Origin: an uncultured Bacteroidales bacterium
GTDB taxonomy: Bacteria > Bacteroidota > Bacteroidia > Bacteroidales > Paludibacteraceae
Direction: 5' to 3'
Assembly (NCBI GenBank): GCA_937915765.1
Contig: CALGHE010000133.1
Span: forward strand, 8,387-72,386
DNA length: 64,000 nt
Part shown: in pieces, positions 45,541 to 54,600 of the stretch
Layout: each line of letters opens with the position of its first letter
How positions within the stretch are numbered: the first letter of the stretch is position 1
Notes under the pieces: model-generated
Database searches by the model: none
What the model was told of the DNA's origin: nothing
The model's input: only the letters and a program-made list of their open reading frames with translations
Made by a program: the position numbers and the translations under genes

Positions 45541-47520
45541 ATGAAGCTTTTAAGATATTTTTTATTGTTATTGGTCGTTTTTTTGTCGTCTTGTTCTGTA
45601 AAGCAGCAGATTAAGAGGGCAGATAAAAAATATGAGATAGGGGAGTACTATAAGGCTGCCGGAATCTATCGTTCGGCTTATCCTCGTGTTAATGTGTCTA
45701 AGGACCGTGCGACTAAGGCCTATGTGGCTTACCGTGCGGCGGATTGTTATCGGCTTGTGAATGAAAACGATAGGGCGGAGAGGTATTTCTCTAATGCGGT
45801 GCGCTATAAATATAAGGACAGCACAGTCTATCTTGATTATGCCGAGGTGTTGCGAAAAAATAAAAAACCGAAGGATGCAATCGCAAACTATGATGTTTAT
45901 TTGCAGTTCCAGCCCAACAGCCAGGTGGCAAAGAATGGCAAAGAGGCGGCGCTGCAGGCTGTGGAGTGGCAGAAAAACCCGACTCGATACAAAATCAGCA
46001 AGATGGATAAACTGTCTTCTAAAAAGACAGAGAGCTGTCCGGCTCATCCGGGTGGCGACGGCGATGTGGTCTATTTCGCTTCGTCCCGAGAAATCAAAGG
46101 GCAGGCTCGTAAGAAGATGAGCAACATTACGGGTGTGCCAAATAAGGATATGTATGTGGCAAGAAGAAACTCGCTTGGCGAATGGGATAATATAGAGCCG
46201 CTGGATGGCGAACTCAACTCGCCGGACGATGAGGGTAGCCCGTCTTTTTCTAGTGATGGAAAGGTCATGTATTTTACTCGTTGCCGTTCGGTAAAAGGTG
46301 AAAGCTTGGGTGCGGAGATTATGTCTGCAACTCGCTCTGGCGGCAAATGGGGCAAGCCGACTAAGGTGGAATTGTCTAAGGATAGCTCTGTGACGTTTGC
46401 TCACCCGACGGTGTCTCCCGACGGAAGGTTTCTCTATTTCGTGTCTGACATGAAAGGCGGGTTCGGCGGTAAGGATATATGGAGAAGCGAAATCAGCGGA
46501 GGCAAGTATGGTGCTCCGGTGAATCTTGGTCCGTCGATAAATACGTCGGGCGATGAAATGTTCCCTTACATGAGAGAGGACAGCACTTTATTCTTTTCGT
46601 CGGATGGTCTTCCTGGGTTTGGCGGACTGGATATATTTTTCGCAAAGGAAAATCAGGACAATTCATGGACGGTGAGGAATATGATGTATCCTATAAATTC
46701 TAATGCGGACGATTTTGGTATAACGTTCGCCGCCGGAGGGAAAAAGGGCCTTTTCTCTTCTAACAGAGAGGAGCGGAAAGGGTATGATAAACTGTGGGAG
46801 TTTGAATTGCCGGACATCGTTTTTGAAATAACCGGGAAGGTTGTTTCGACAGATGGAGAAGGCTTGGCTGACGCAAATGTGCGTGTGGTCGGAAACGATG
46901 GGACAAATGTTAGGCTTAAGACTAAGAAGGACGGCTCGTTTTCTTATCCGCTGAAGAAGGAGGTGCAGTATGTGCTTCTGGGCACTTGCCGCGGATTCCT
47001 GAATCAGAAAGAACAGGTGTCAACTGTCGGGCTGGAAGATAGCAAGTCGTTCCCGTTGCAGTTTAACCTTGCGTCTATAAGCAAGCCGGTTGGGCTGGAC
47101 AATATCTTTTTTGAATTCGGGAAGGCTACTCTTACGGCAGAGTCTTCGGGTGCGCTCGATAAACTGGTTAAGCTTCTGAAAGATAATCCTAATATTACGA
47201 TAGAGATTGGAGCTCATACTGACCGTGTGGGGTCTGCTGACGGTAACCTTGCTCTTTCTGGCAAGCGTGCGCAGTCTGTTGTGGACTACCTGATTAAAGG
47301 TGGAATCGATGCGGAGCGCCTGACTGCAAAGGGATATGGCAAAACGCAGCCGGTGACTGTTGATAAGGCTCTTGCTGGCAAATACGAGTTTCTGAAAGAG
47401 AATGATGTGCTTGACGATGCTGTTATTGATGCTTTAACTCCTGAACAGCAGGAGGTGGCTAATCAGATTAATCGTCGAACTGAGTTTCGTGTGCTGAAGA
47501 CAACGTACAAAATGTATTAA
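45541..47520 (+). CDS. OmpA-family protein with N-terminal TPR, TolB-like WD40/PD40 beta-propeller repeats and a C-terminal OmpA peptidoglycan-binding domain
   Basis: The lipoprotein-like signal is ..VFLSSCS. PD40-type repeats include PSFSSDGKVMYFT, PTVSPDGRFLYFVSD and EMFPYMREDSTLFFSSD. OmpA_C motifs are NIFFEFGKATL, IEIGAHTDRVGS, LSGKRAQSVVDYL and NRRTEFRV. Confidence 0.88.
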   Translation: MKLLRYFLLLLVVFLSSCSVKQQIKRADKKYEIGEYYKAAGIYRSAYPRVNVSKDRATKAYVAYRAADCYRLVNENDRAERYFSNAVRYKYKDSTVYLDYAEVLRKNKKPKDAIANYDVYLQFQPNSQVAKNGKEAALQAVEWQKNPTRYKISKMDKLSSKKTESCPAHPGGDGDVVYFASSREIKGQARKKMSNITGVPNKDMYVARRNSLGEWDNIEPLDGELNSPDDEGSPSFSSDGKVMYFTRCRSVKGESLGAEIMSATRSGGKWGKPTKVELSKDSSVTFAHPTVSPDGRFLYFVSDMKGGFGGKDIWRSEISGGKYGAPVNLGPSINTSGDEMFPYMREDSTLFFSSDGLPGFGGLDIFFAKENQDNSWTVRNMMYPINSNADDFGITFAAGGKKGLFSSNREERKGYDKLWEFELPDIVFEITGKVVSTDGEGLADANVRVVGNDGTNVRLKTKKDGSFSYPLKKEVQYVLLGTCRGFLNQKEQVSTVGLEDSKSFPLQFNLASISKPVGLDNIFFEFGKATLTAESSGALDKLVKLLKDNPNITIEIGAHTDRVGSADGNLALSGKRAQSVVDYLIKGGIDAERLTAKGYGKTQPVTVDKALAGKYEFLKENDVLDDAVIDALTPEQQEVANQINRRTEFRVLKTTYKMY

Positions 47521-47598
47521 GGCTTGGCTGACGGCTGCGCTTGAGTGCTGTGTACGCGTAAGTTTGATATTGTGAAAAAAATAAATTAATATTCTTCC

Positions 47599-48210
47599 AT
47601 GCTAATAAGAATATACGAAGAGAACCCTAATCAGAGGGAAGTGGATAAGGTTGTGCAGTTCTTGAGAGACGGCGGTCTTATCGTTTATCCGACAGATACT
47701 ATTTACGGACTGGGCTGTGACATCTTTAACGCAAAGGCGGTCGAGAAGATTTGCAGGTATAAAAAAATTGACCCGAGAAAGGCCAACCTCTCTTTTATCT
47801 GTTATGATTTGAGCAATATAAGCGAATACGCGAAGGTGGATAATCAGACGTTTAAGCTGATGAAAAAAAACCTTCCGGGCGCTTTTACGTTTATATTGAA
47901 CGGAAACAGCAATTTGCCTAAGCTGTTCCGGAATAAAAAGACGGTCGGAATACGTGTGCCTGACAATAATGTGATACGTGAATTGGTGAAGGGACTTGGC
48001 AATCCTATCCTTTCAACCTCTGTGAAGGATGACGACGATGATATTTTGGAATATTTCACAGACCCGGAACTGATTCATGAGCGATTAAGCAATATCGCAG
48101 ATGTTGTGATTGACTCCGGTTTTGGAGAACTGGAGCCTTCGACTGTGGTTGACTGTACTGGCGACGAACCGGTGATTGTGCGTCAGGGCAAAGGTGTTCT
48201 TGAGTTTTAA
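47599..48210 (+). CDS. tsaC: L-threonylcarbamoyladenylate synthase (TsaC/YrdC/Sua5 family)
   Basis: It has the YrdC-domain motifs GGLIVYPTDTIYGLGCD, VGIRVPDN and STS. The protein is 203 aa. Confidence 0.85.
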   Translation: MLIRIYEENPNQREVDKVVQFLRDGGLIVYPTDTIYGLGCDIFNAKAVEKICRYKKIDPRKANLSFICYDLSNISEYAKVDNQTFKLMKKNLPGAFTFILNGNSNLPKLFRNKKTVGIRVPDNNVIRELVKGLGNPILSTSVKDDDDDILEYFTDPELIHERLSNIADVVIDSGFGELEPSTVVDCTGDEPVIVRQGKGVLEF

Positions 48211-48221
48211 GGAGGGTCTGT

Positions 48222-49115
48222 ATGTGGGTTGTTTTAGCAATATGCTCGGCTCTGCTTCTCGGTATTTACGACGTTTTTAAGAAACGTTCTTTGAGGGACA
48301 ATGCGGTTATTCCGGTGCTTTTCCTTTCGATCGTTATCTCGACGTTTATGTTCGTGCCGATTGTGGTCTTGTCTGTTGTTTCGGAGGATTTCAAAGATTC
48401 TGTGCTGTATGTGCCTAAGGCCGATCTGGAGGCGCATCTCTATATCTTTGTCAAGGCTGTGATTGTACTGGGGTCTTGGATTTGCGCCTACTTTGGCATG
48501 AAGAATATCCCGATTACGATATTTTCGCCGATAAGGGCAACTCAGCCGATATGGACGCTGATTGGCGCGGTTGTGATTTATGCGGAAGTGCTTTCGGGCT
48601 GGCAGGTCGCCGGCATCGCGCTGACTATAGTGTCGTTCTATTTTTTCTCGATAGCGGGACTAAAAGAGGGCGTGTCGTGGAAGTCTAACCGTTGGGTGTG
48701 GCTCGTGATTTTGGCTACGCTGCTGGGGGCTGTGAGCGGACTTTACGATAAGTTTTTGATGAAACAGTTTGACAGAATGACTGTGCAGGTCTATAGTTCT
48801 GTTTATCAGACTATTCTTATGGCTGCGGTCTTGTTCTTTTTGTGGTATCCGAATAGAAGTAACACAACTCCGTTTCAGTGGCGATGGTCTATTGTCGGAA
48901 TATCGGTGTTCCTGGTACTTGCGGATTTTGTTTATTTCAAAGCTTTGTCGATGGACGACGCTCTTATCTCAGTTGTCTCTACGATTCGCAGGTCGGGGGC
49001 GGTGGTGCCGTTTGCTTACGGAGCGCTGTTCTTGCACGAAAAGAATCTGAAGGTCAAGACTGTGCTGCTCTGCGGTGTGCTGACGGGTGTGTTTTTGTTA
49101 TATGTAGGTAGTTAA
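48222..49115 (+). CDS. EamA/DMT-superfamily transporter
   Basis: It has ten predicted hydrophobic helices in two similar halves. The 297-aa size is typical of EamA repeats. Confidence 0.75.
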   Translation: MWVVLAICSALLLGIYDVFKKRSLRDNAVIPVLFLSIVISTFMFVPIVVLSVVSEDFKDSVLYVPKADLEAHLYIFVKAVIVLGSWICAYFGMKNIPITIFSPIRATQPIWTLIGAVVIYAEVLSGWQVAGIALTIVSFYFFSIAGLKEGVSWKSNRWVWLVILATLLGAVSGLYDKFLMKQFDRMTVQVYSSVYQTILMAAVLFFLWYPNRSNTTPFQWRWSIVGISVFLVLADFVYFKALSMDDALISVVSTIRRSGAVVPFAYGALFLHEKNLKVKTVLLCGVLTGVFLLYVGS

Positions 49116-49126
49116 ATTTTTCAGGT

Positions 49127-49789
49127 ATGAGGAGATGTTTTTCTTATATAGTCACGTTTCTTGTGACATTTTTTTCTGCGAATGTTTTTGCGGAGAACGG
49201 GTCTTTTGACCCTGTGGCCATTTTGCCTGGCGAGTACTTCCCGGCCTTCAGCTGTGATAATCAGGTGTCGCTGCTGACGAGTGTGAAGGAGGGTAAGGAC
49301 AGTTGCGCAAAAGGTCCGTTCGGGAAGGATATTTGTGTTGAAGTTTTTGAGAAAGATTATTTGCAGTATAAAACGTCGCAAGTGGCTCGTCTGACAATAA
49401 AAAAGTACAAGAGGAAGTCGGATGGTGTTGAGTTTATTGCGGTTGTGAATAGTGTGCAAACCCCGATAGAGGATTCAAAAATCCAGTTCCTTGATTGTAA
49501 CAACCAAAACAACAAGCCGTTGACAATCAAACTGATGGAGCCTGTCGGACTTATGGATTTTATTGACAAGGACAGTATGGCTGCTAAAGGTTGGACTGAA
49601 GATTATGTAAGGAACAAGATGGATATGCTGTTTTTGTCGTACAAGATGACACCGGGTGGCAAAGATATTGTTGTCACTCTAAACAACAAAGAATATTTGG
49701 CAAAAGAAGATTACGAGAAGTTACGTTCTGTACTTAAAAGTGAGAGCTTGACACTGAGCTGGAACGGCGATTCGTTTGATAAGAAGTGA
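49127..49789 (+). CDS. Hypothetical exported protein (possibly DUF3256-like)
   Basis: The signal peptide is MRRCFSYIVTFLVTFFSANVFA. The gene starts 11 nt after the EamA gene, and I recognise no catalytic motifs. The family name rests only on a weak recollection. Confidence 0.6.
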   Translation: MRRCFSYIVTFLVTFFSANVFAENGSFDPVAILPGEYFPAFSCDNQVSLLTSVKEGKDSCAKGPFGKDICVEVFEKDYLQYKTSQVARLTIKKYKRKSDGVEFIAVVNSVQTPIEDSKIQFLDCNNQNNKPLTIKLMEPVGLMDFIDKDSMAAKGWTEDYVRNKMDMLFLSYKMTPGGKDIVVTLNNKEYLAKEDYEKLRSVLKSESLTLSWNGDSFDKK

Positions 49790-49820
49790 GCAACCGTCTT
49801 CTGAAGGTGTAATGATAAAA

Positions 49821-49846
49821 AAAGCGGCCGTGTTGGTCGCTTTTCT
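49821..49846 (+). terminator. Terminator candidate after the hypothetical exported protein gene
   Basis: aaagcggcc (49821-49829) pairs with ggtcgcttt (49835-49843) with one G-U. A T-rich tail follows. Confidence 0.45.
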
Positions 49847-49895
49847 TATGTTGGCTTCCATGAATTATGTCGAGGTGATTTAGAACGACACTTGT

Positions 49896-49927
49896 AATTT
49901 ATGGAAGTTGCCTTATGTTTCCATAAA
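49896..49927 (+). repeat. Dispersed intergenic motif copy 6 forming a 9-bp hairpin
   Basis: The motif is aatttatggaagttgccttatg. tttatggaa (49898-49906) pairs with ttccataaa (49919-49927), with loop gttgccttatgt. It lies between convergent genes. Confidence 0.7.
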
Positions 49928-49933
49928 CTTTCT

Positions 49934-50614
49934 CTACAAAAGTCTTTGTCCGTTGATTACAAGCTCGAAATTTGTGTTCAGATATTCGGCAGCTTTGCGG
50001 CTAAGCATCATTCGGCCAAGGAAAATCTCAAAGTAATTCATCACAGCCGAAATGGAAGTGTCGATAGTTATGTCTAACACAAGAGACTTGTTGTCGTTCT
50101 TGAAGTATAGTTTAGAAGATTCTACCGCATAGTTCACACGGTCATGTATGTCGAAAGACGGAATGTCTCTGTTCCTTACACGTGTGCGTCTTACGTCGCA
50201 TTTGTCGGCAATAATCAGTGCCGCCGCCACAGGGTTTACTGCAGATGCAGTGCCTTCGTCATGATTTCCTATAGCGCTGACGACAAGAGCGACCTCTTCG
50301 GCCGGCATGCCCATGTTGTCGAGGATTCGGAACGCAAGGACAGCTCCGCTCTGAGCGTGTTCCACGCGGTTCACCACATTGCCTATGTCATGAAGATACC
50401 CAGCTATGCGCGCAAGTTCAACATCTCTGTCAGAATAACCTAAAGTTTTGAGAATCATAGCCGCAGTCTCCGCTGTCTTCACAACGTGTCCGAACGAGTG
50501 TTCCGTGAAGCCCATTGCGGCAAGCACCTTGTCGGCCTGCGAGATGTAAGCCTTAATAGTTTCGTTTTCACGTACAATGTCGTATGTGATCACTTTCTTA
50601 GAATCTATGGCCAT
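49934..50614 (-). CDS. HD-domain phosphohydrolase
   Basis: The HD motif is HSFGHV..(x)..GYLHDIGN, with further His/Asp ligands (IGNHDEG). Confidence 0.8.
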   Translation of the reverse strand: MAIDSKKVITYDIVRENETIKAYISQADKVLAAMGFTEHSFGHVVKTAETAAMILKTLGYSDRDVELARIAGYLHDIGNVVNRVEHAQSGAVLAFRILDNMGMPAEEVALVVSAIGNHDEGTASAVNPVAAALIIADKCDVRRTRVRNRDIPSFDIHDRVNYAVESSKLYFKNDNKSLVLDITIDTSISAVMNYFEIFLGRMMLSRKAAEYLNTNFELVINGQRLL

Positions 50615-50665
50615 TTGTGATTAATTTTTTTGTTAGAAATAAGGTTAGACACATTATCAAAAGAA

Positions 50666-50696
50666 CACGGAAGAGAATCCTCCTCCGCGTTCCGTG
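50666..50696 (-). terminator. Hairpin downstream of the DUF5606-like gene (minus strand)
   Basis: cacggaa (50666-50672) pairs with ttccgtg (50690-50696) around a 17-nt loop. On the minus strand ttcttttg follows. Confidence 0.35.
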
Positions 50697-50732
50697 AAAT
50701 CTAAAAAATGTATGAATATGGAAAATTAAAAA

Positions 50733-51152
50733 TTATTCTTCAGTTCCTTCACCTTCACTTTGCTTCACCATCAAGTCTGCCTTTCCTGCAGAAACAAGTG
50801 TGTTGTACCAGTTCACAAGCTTTTTCACGTCTGTAGGATAAACGCGGTTGCGGTCGAAGTTTGGAAGAATTTCAGCAAAGAAGTCGAACAGTTCCTGATT
50901 GCTGCTTTTAGAGTTGAGGCTAACCTTTTCTGCATTGTACTTTTCCTTGATAGTGCAGAACACGTCAACTAACGGCACTTCTCCGTCCTCAGTAAACATC
51001 GCAATGTCGGCAAGAGAGATAACTCTTTCGTGAGCGTATGCCGGTGTGCGTTTTTTAGTTTCCAACGCTTCCACAATCAACATGTTCTTTCCTTGCGAAA
51101 CCAACTCGTACAAACCCGGTTTCCCAGCGATAGACAATATCCTTTTTAACAT
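50733..51152 (-). CDS. DUF5606-like conserved Bacteroidota protein
   Basis: The N-terminus MLKRILSIAGKPGLYELVSQGKNMLIVEAL matches my recollection of the DUF5606 signature (ILSISGKPGL..). The protein is 139 aa. Confidence 0.65.
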   Translation of the reverse strand: MLKRILSIAGKPGLYELVSQGKNMLIVEALETKKRTPAYAHERVISLADIAMFTEDGEVPLVDVFCTIKEKYNAEKVSLNSKSSNQELFDFFAEILPNFDRNRVYPTDVKKLVNWYNTLVSAGKADLMVKQSEGEGTEE

Positions 51153-51212
51153 AACTACTTTATTTTAATCTATAATTGTTACTAATTTATTATTTCCGTT
51201 GATTTATTTGTG

Positions 51213-51220
51213 CAAATGTA
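51213..51220 (-). promoter_or_regulatory. Bacteroidota -7 box (TACATTTG on the minus strand)
   Basis: The plus strand reads caaatgta. The box lies about 60 nt upstream of the ATG at 51152. Confidence 0.4.
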
Positions 51221-51249
51221 GTAATCAAAATAAAAATATACAATTTTTT

Positions 51250-51268
51250 CAGACAATTTCTATAAATT
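51250..51268 (-). repeat. Dispersed intergenic motif copy 8 (only reverse-oriented copy)
   Basis: The minus strand reads aatttatagaaattgtctg. Compare copy 3, aatttatagaagttgtctg. Confidence 0.55.
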
Positions 51269-51469
51269 AGGTTTGGGCACAGCACTCAGGTGTGTTCTGT
51301 GAATTCGTCGTCTATAATTGAAAAGGTATAAATCGGAGGATGAAGAACTTTCCGGCACATTTTGATTTGTTTCGGCAACTTGCTGTTTGTCAGTTGTTCA
51401 CGATGCCGTGCTGCTCACTTCTTTTGTTCTGCAATCTACTCGGAATTAATTCAAAAACTCCGCGAAATG

Positions 51470-51491
51470 AATTTATAGAACCCACCTTAAA
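51470..51491 (+). repeat. Dispersed intergenic motif copy 7
   Basis: The sequence is aatttatagaacccaccttaaa. Together with copy 8 it forms an inverted pair about 220 bp apart. Confidence 0.65.
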
Positions 51492-51589
51492 ATAAAATCA
51501 TATATATGTTCGTTATAACAATGAGGGTGTTTGACAGTCCGTTCTAACAAAAAATGCAGGCAATATGTTGAAAGGTACAAAAAAAATGT

Positions 51590-51597
51590 TATCTTTG
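51590..51597 (+). promoter_or_regulatory. Bacteroidota -7 box candidate promoter for the beta-helix giant gene
   Basis: TATCTTTG lies 87 nt upstream of the ATG at 51684. Confidence 0.4.
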
Positions 51598-51683
51598 TGG
51601 CTTGAGTGTTCATAATGGATGTGGCAGGTGCAATAGGAGATACGAGAATGGGGCTGAAGCCCTGTTGAAAAATGTAAATTTAG

Positions 51684-54600
51684 ATGAAAAAAATGTGTAA
51701 TATATTTCAGACTTTAACTGGTTGTCTAAAGGGGATTTCTTTTGTCAGGAGGAGCTTGTTGTCGGTTCTGCTGATGGCGTTGAGTTTTTCGGCTGTCGGT
51801 GCGGATTTCTATGGCTTGTTTCCGGACCCTCTTGTGAATGTTGCGTTTTCGCAAATGAAGGGAGACGAGGATGGTTCCAGAATTGTGGAGTGGAGTCTTG
51901 AAGATTGCCTGCCTTTAACAAAGATTGTATTGAAAAGGTCAGATTATAAACTCAGTGTTAATGATCAGAAGCATAAGGATTTAACGCATGTTATTTCTAT
52001 CCCTTGCGTAACTCCTCACAAAGTTTTCACGCTCAACAAGCCGACATCTTTCAAGGAGATGGGTTTCTTGTTCGAGAAAGATCTCAAAGGAAAGAAGGCT
52101 TCGCTTACGTTCAAGAGGAATGGTAAGCCTGACTCCCTTTTCATTGGGGTAGAGCCGGTGCTGGGGCAGGTCAAATTTGCTCCGCCAACCATTAAGCTCA
52201 GGTCGGGCAACGACATCTTTTTCTGTCGTGGAGAGCTTCACTCCTTTGTGGCATCTGTGCCAGAAGGCTTCCGCTCTGACGAGGTTAAGTACAATTGGTA
52301 TGTCGATGGAGAGAAAATGACCGGACGTCATGACCGCTGGTTTGACACTTATTCAAGGACGAACTGGGCGGATGGCGAACATTACGTGCAGTGTGAGGTC
52401 TATCTTGACGGCGAGGCGCCTTCTCCCAAAGGCACGTTCAACGTGGTGCAGCTGCCGGGCGCGAACTGTGAGTTTTCGGTGAAGGCGATTCCTTATTGGG
52501 GAGCGGAGTGTGAGGATGACACTTCGGGTGCCGACCTCAGATATAATTACAAGTCGGAATGGGGTAGTTTTGTCATAACTCCTATGGAGGAGTATGTGCA
52601 TTTCTATCTGGAGGTGATAAACAGAAAAGTCTCGTCCTTTACCGTAACAAACGACGAGGCGATTCCTAATTTCAAACTGATTAACAAGAGCGAGGCGGAC
52701 CAGGACTTTATGTTCTTCTCGCTTCCGGTGAATATGAAGGCTCAGGCAAAAGAGCCTTACACAACGCATAAGGTTTACTTCAGATTTGAAGGTGACAATA
52801 TCAATTACTCGATGACACCGTATGCGTTCCCGGAAGTTACAGCGTCGCCAGACACTGTGGAAATCTGCGAGAACTCTTTCATCATGGGCGAACCTGTGAC
52901 TTTGAATGCAGAACAGGTTGGACTGGCTAAGGACACGTACGGTTTCCAATGGTATTACTCTACTGAAATTAACGGAAAGTACGAGCCTGTAGAGAACGCG
53001 ACCTCCAAGGTGTTCACTCCGTATCGTGTGGGATATTACAAGGCGGAGGTGTCCGACGGCGTCTTTTCTGCAATGTCCGCGCCTGTTGTTGTGAAGAGAA
53101 AGACAGACCATTGTGTCAGCGTAGAGATTATTGGCGAGCGTGGCATTGATTATGTCTGCGCAAAGTCTAAACTTTATTTGCACTCTTCTATCTCTGGCAG
53201 CAACTACACTTATCAGTGGAAGGTCGGGAAGTTAGACGGCTCTGAGCTGAAAAATATAAACGGTGCCACAAATGCAGAGTATGTGGCTGCGGCAAATAAA
53301 AAGGGAGAGGCTTATTTCTTAGAGGTTAAATATGCAGGGCAGGTTGTATTGTCTAAGCCTTTCGTCGTGAGGGAGATTGCCAAACTGCCGGCTTCTAAGA
53401 ATTTGGAAATTACGGCATTGCCTTTGTCTGTGTGTCAGGGCCGTTCAGCTAATATATTTGCCAATCTGGAACTGAAAGAGAAGGAACGCCGCGAATCTAA
53501 ATCTAAGAGCCAGTTTATTTATGAACTGTATAGGAAAGGGTTTGTAGGCAATGAGCTTGTTAAGAGTGAACTTTCTAATAAGACAAGTCTGCATACGACT
53601 CAGCTGATAAACGAATCCGCCACATATTATGTGGACCTTGTCGGTTGCGACGGCAGGTTGCGCTCTAAGTCTGAGGTTACAATCAATGTTGTCAATGACG
53701 ACAGATGCTCTTCGAGCGTCTTCTATGTCAAGCCGACGGGTAATGACTATAACGACGGTTTGTCGTGGGGTACGGCTTTCCAGACTTTGAAGCATGCGAT
53801 AGAGGTCGCTTTTGAAATCAGAAACTCGGACCTTTATAAGAGCCAGCCGATAGAGATACATCTGGCCGCCGGAACTTATGCTTCGTCAAATGGATATGAC
53901 TTTCCGGACAATACCACCATCTATGGAGGTTATGACGAAGAGCCGGTTGACGGAACGCTTAGCGCTACTCTTCGCAATCCTAAAAGCCCGGCTAACATAG
54001 AAGGTAAGCTTACCACGCTAACGGCAGAAAGCACATTCTCCAGAATCGTTAAGCTGACAGACAGAAAGGATGTCAAGTTTGTGGGTATATGTTTCAACGG
54101 CGAGGCTATATCTAACGAGTCTTGGCTTAACGGACGCGCTATTTATGCTGACGGGTCGTCTGTGACTTTGGACTCCTGCTGGGTAACTAATTTCTATATG
54201 TCTGTGAATCAGGGTAACCCGATTACTGCGGTGTCTATGCTGAAGAGACGTGCGGAACGTACAGACTTCAGACCGACTCTGATTGTCCGAAATACAACCT
54301 TCTCTGCGAATAAGGGGGGCGACATAGGTTCTTGCATCGGGCTGCTGTCCGACTGCGATGTGGAAATTGCAAATTCTGTGTTTAACAACAACACAACTAA
54401 GTATAGCGGAGGGGTCGCATTGCTCTCTTTCAACGCAAGCCCGAAGGTAAATGTCTTGAACTCCACGTTCTACGACAATACGTGCCAGAATGGTATCGGA
54501 TATTACGGACGTACCGTAATTCGTATGGTGGGTGGCAATCCGGAATTGAACATATACAGTTCTACGGTCTGCGGACGTTTCTATAAGGAAGACGGTAAAC

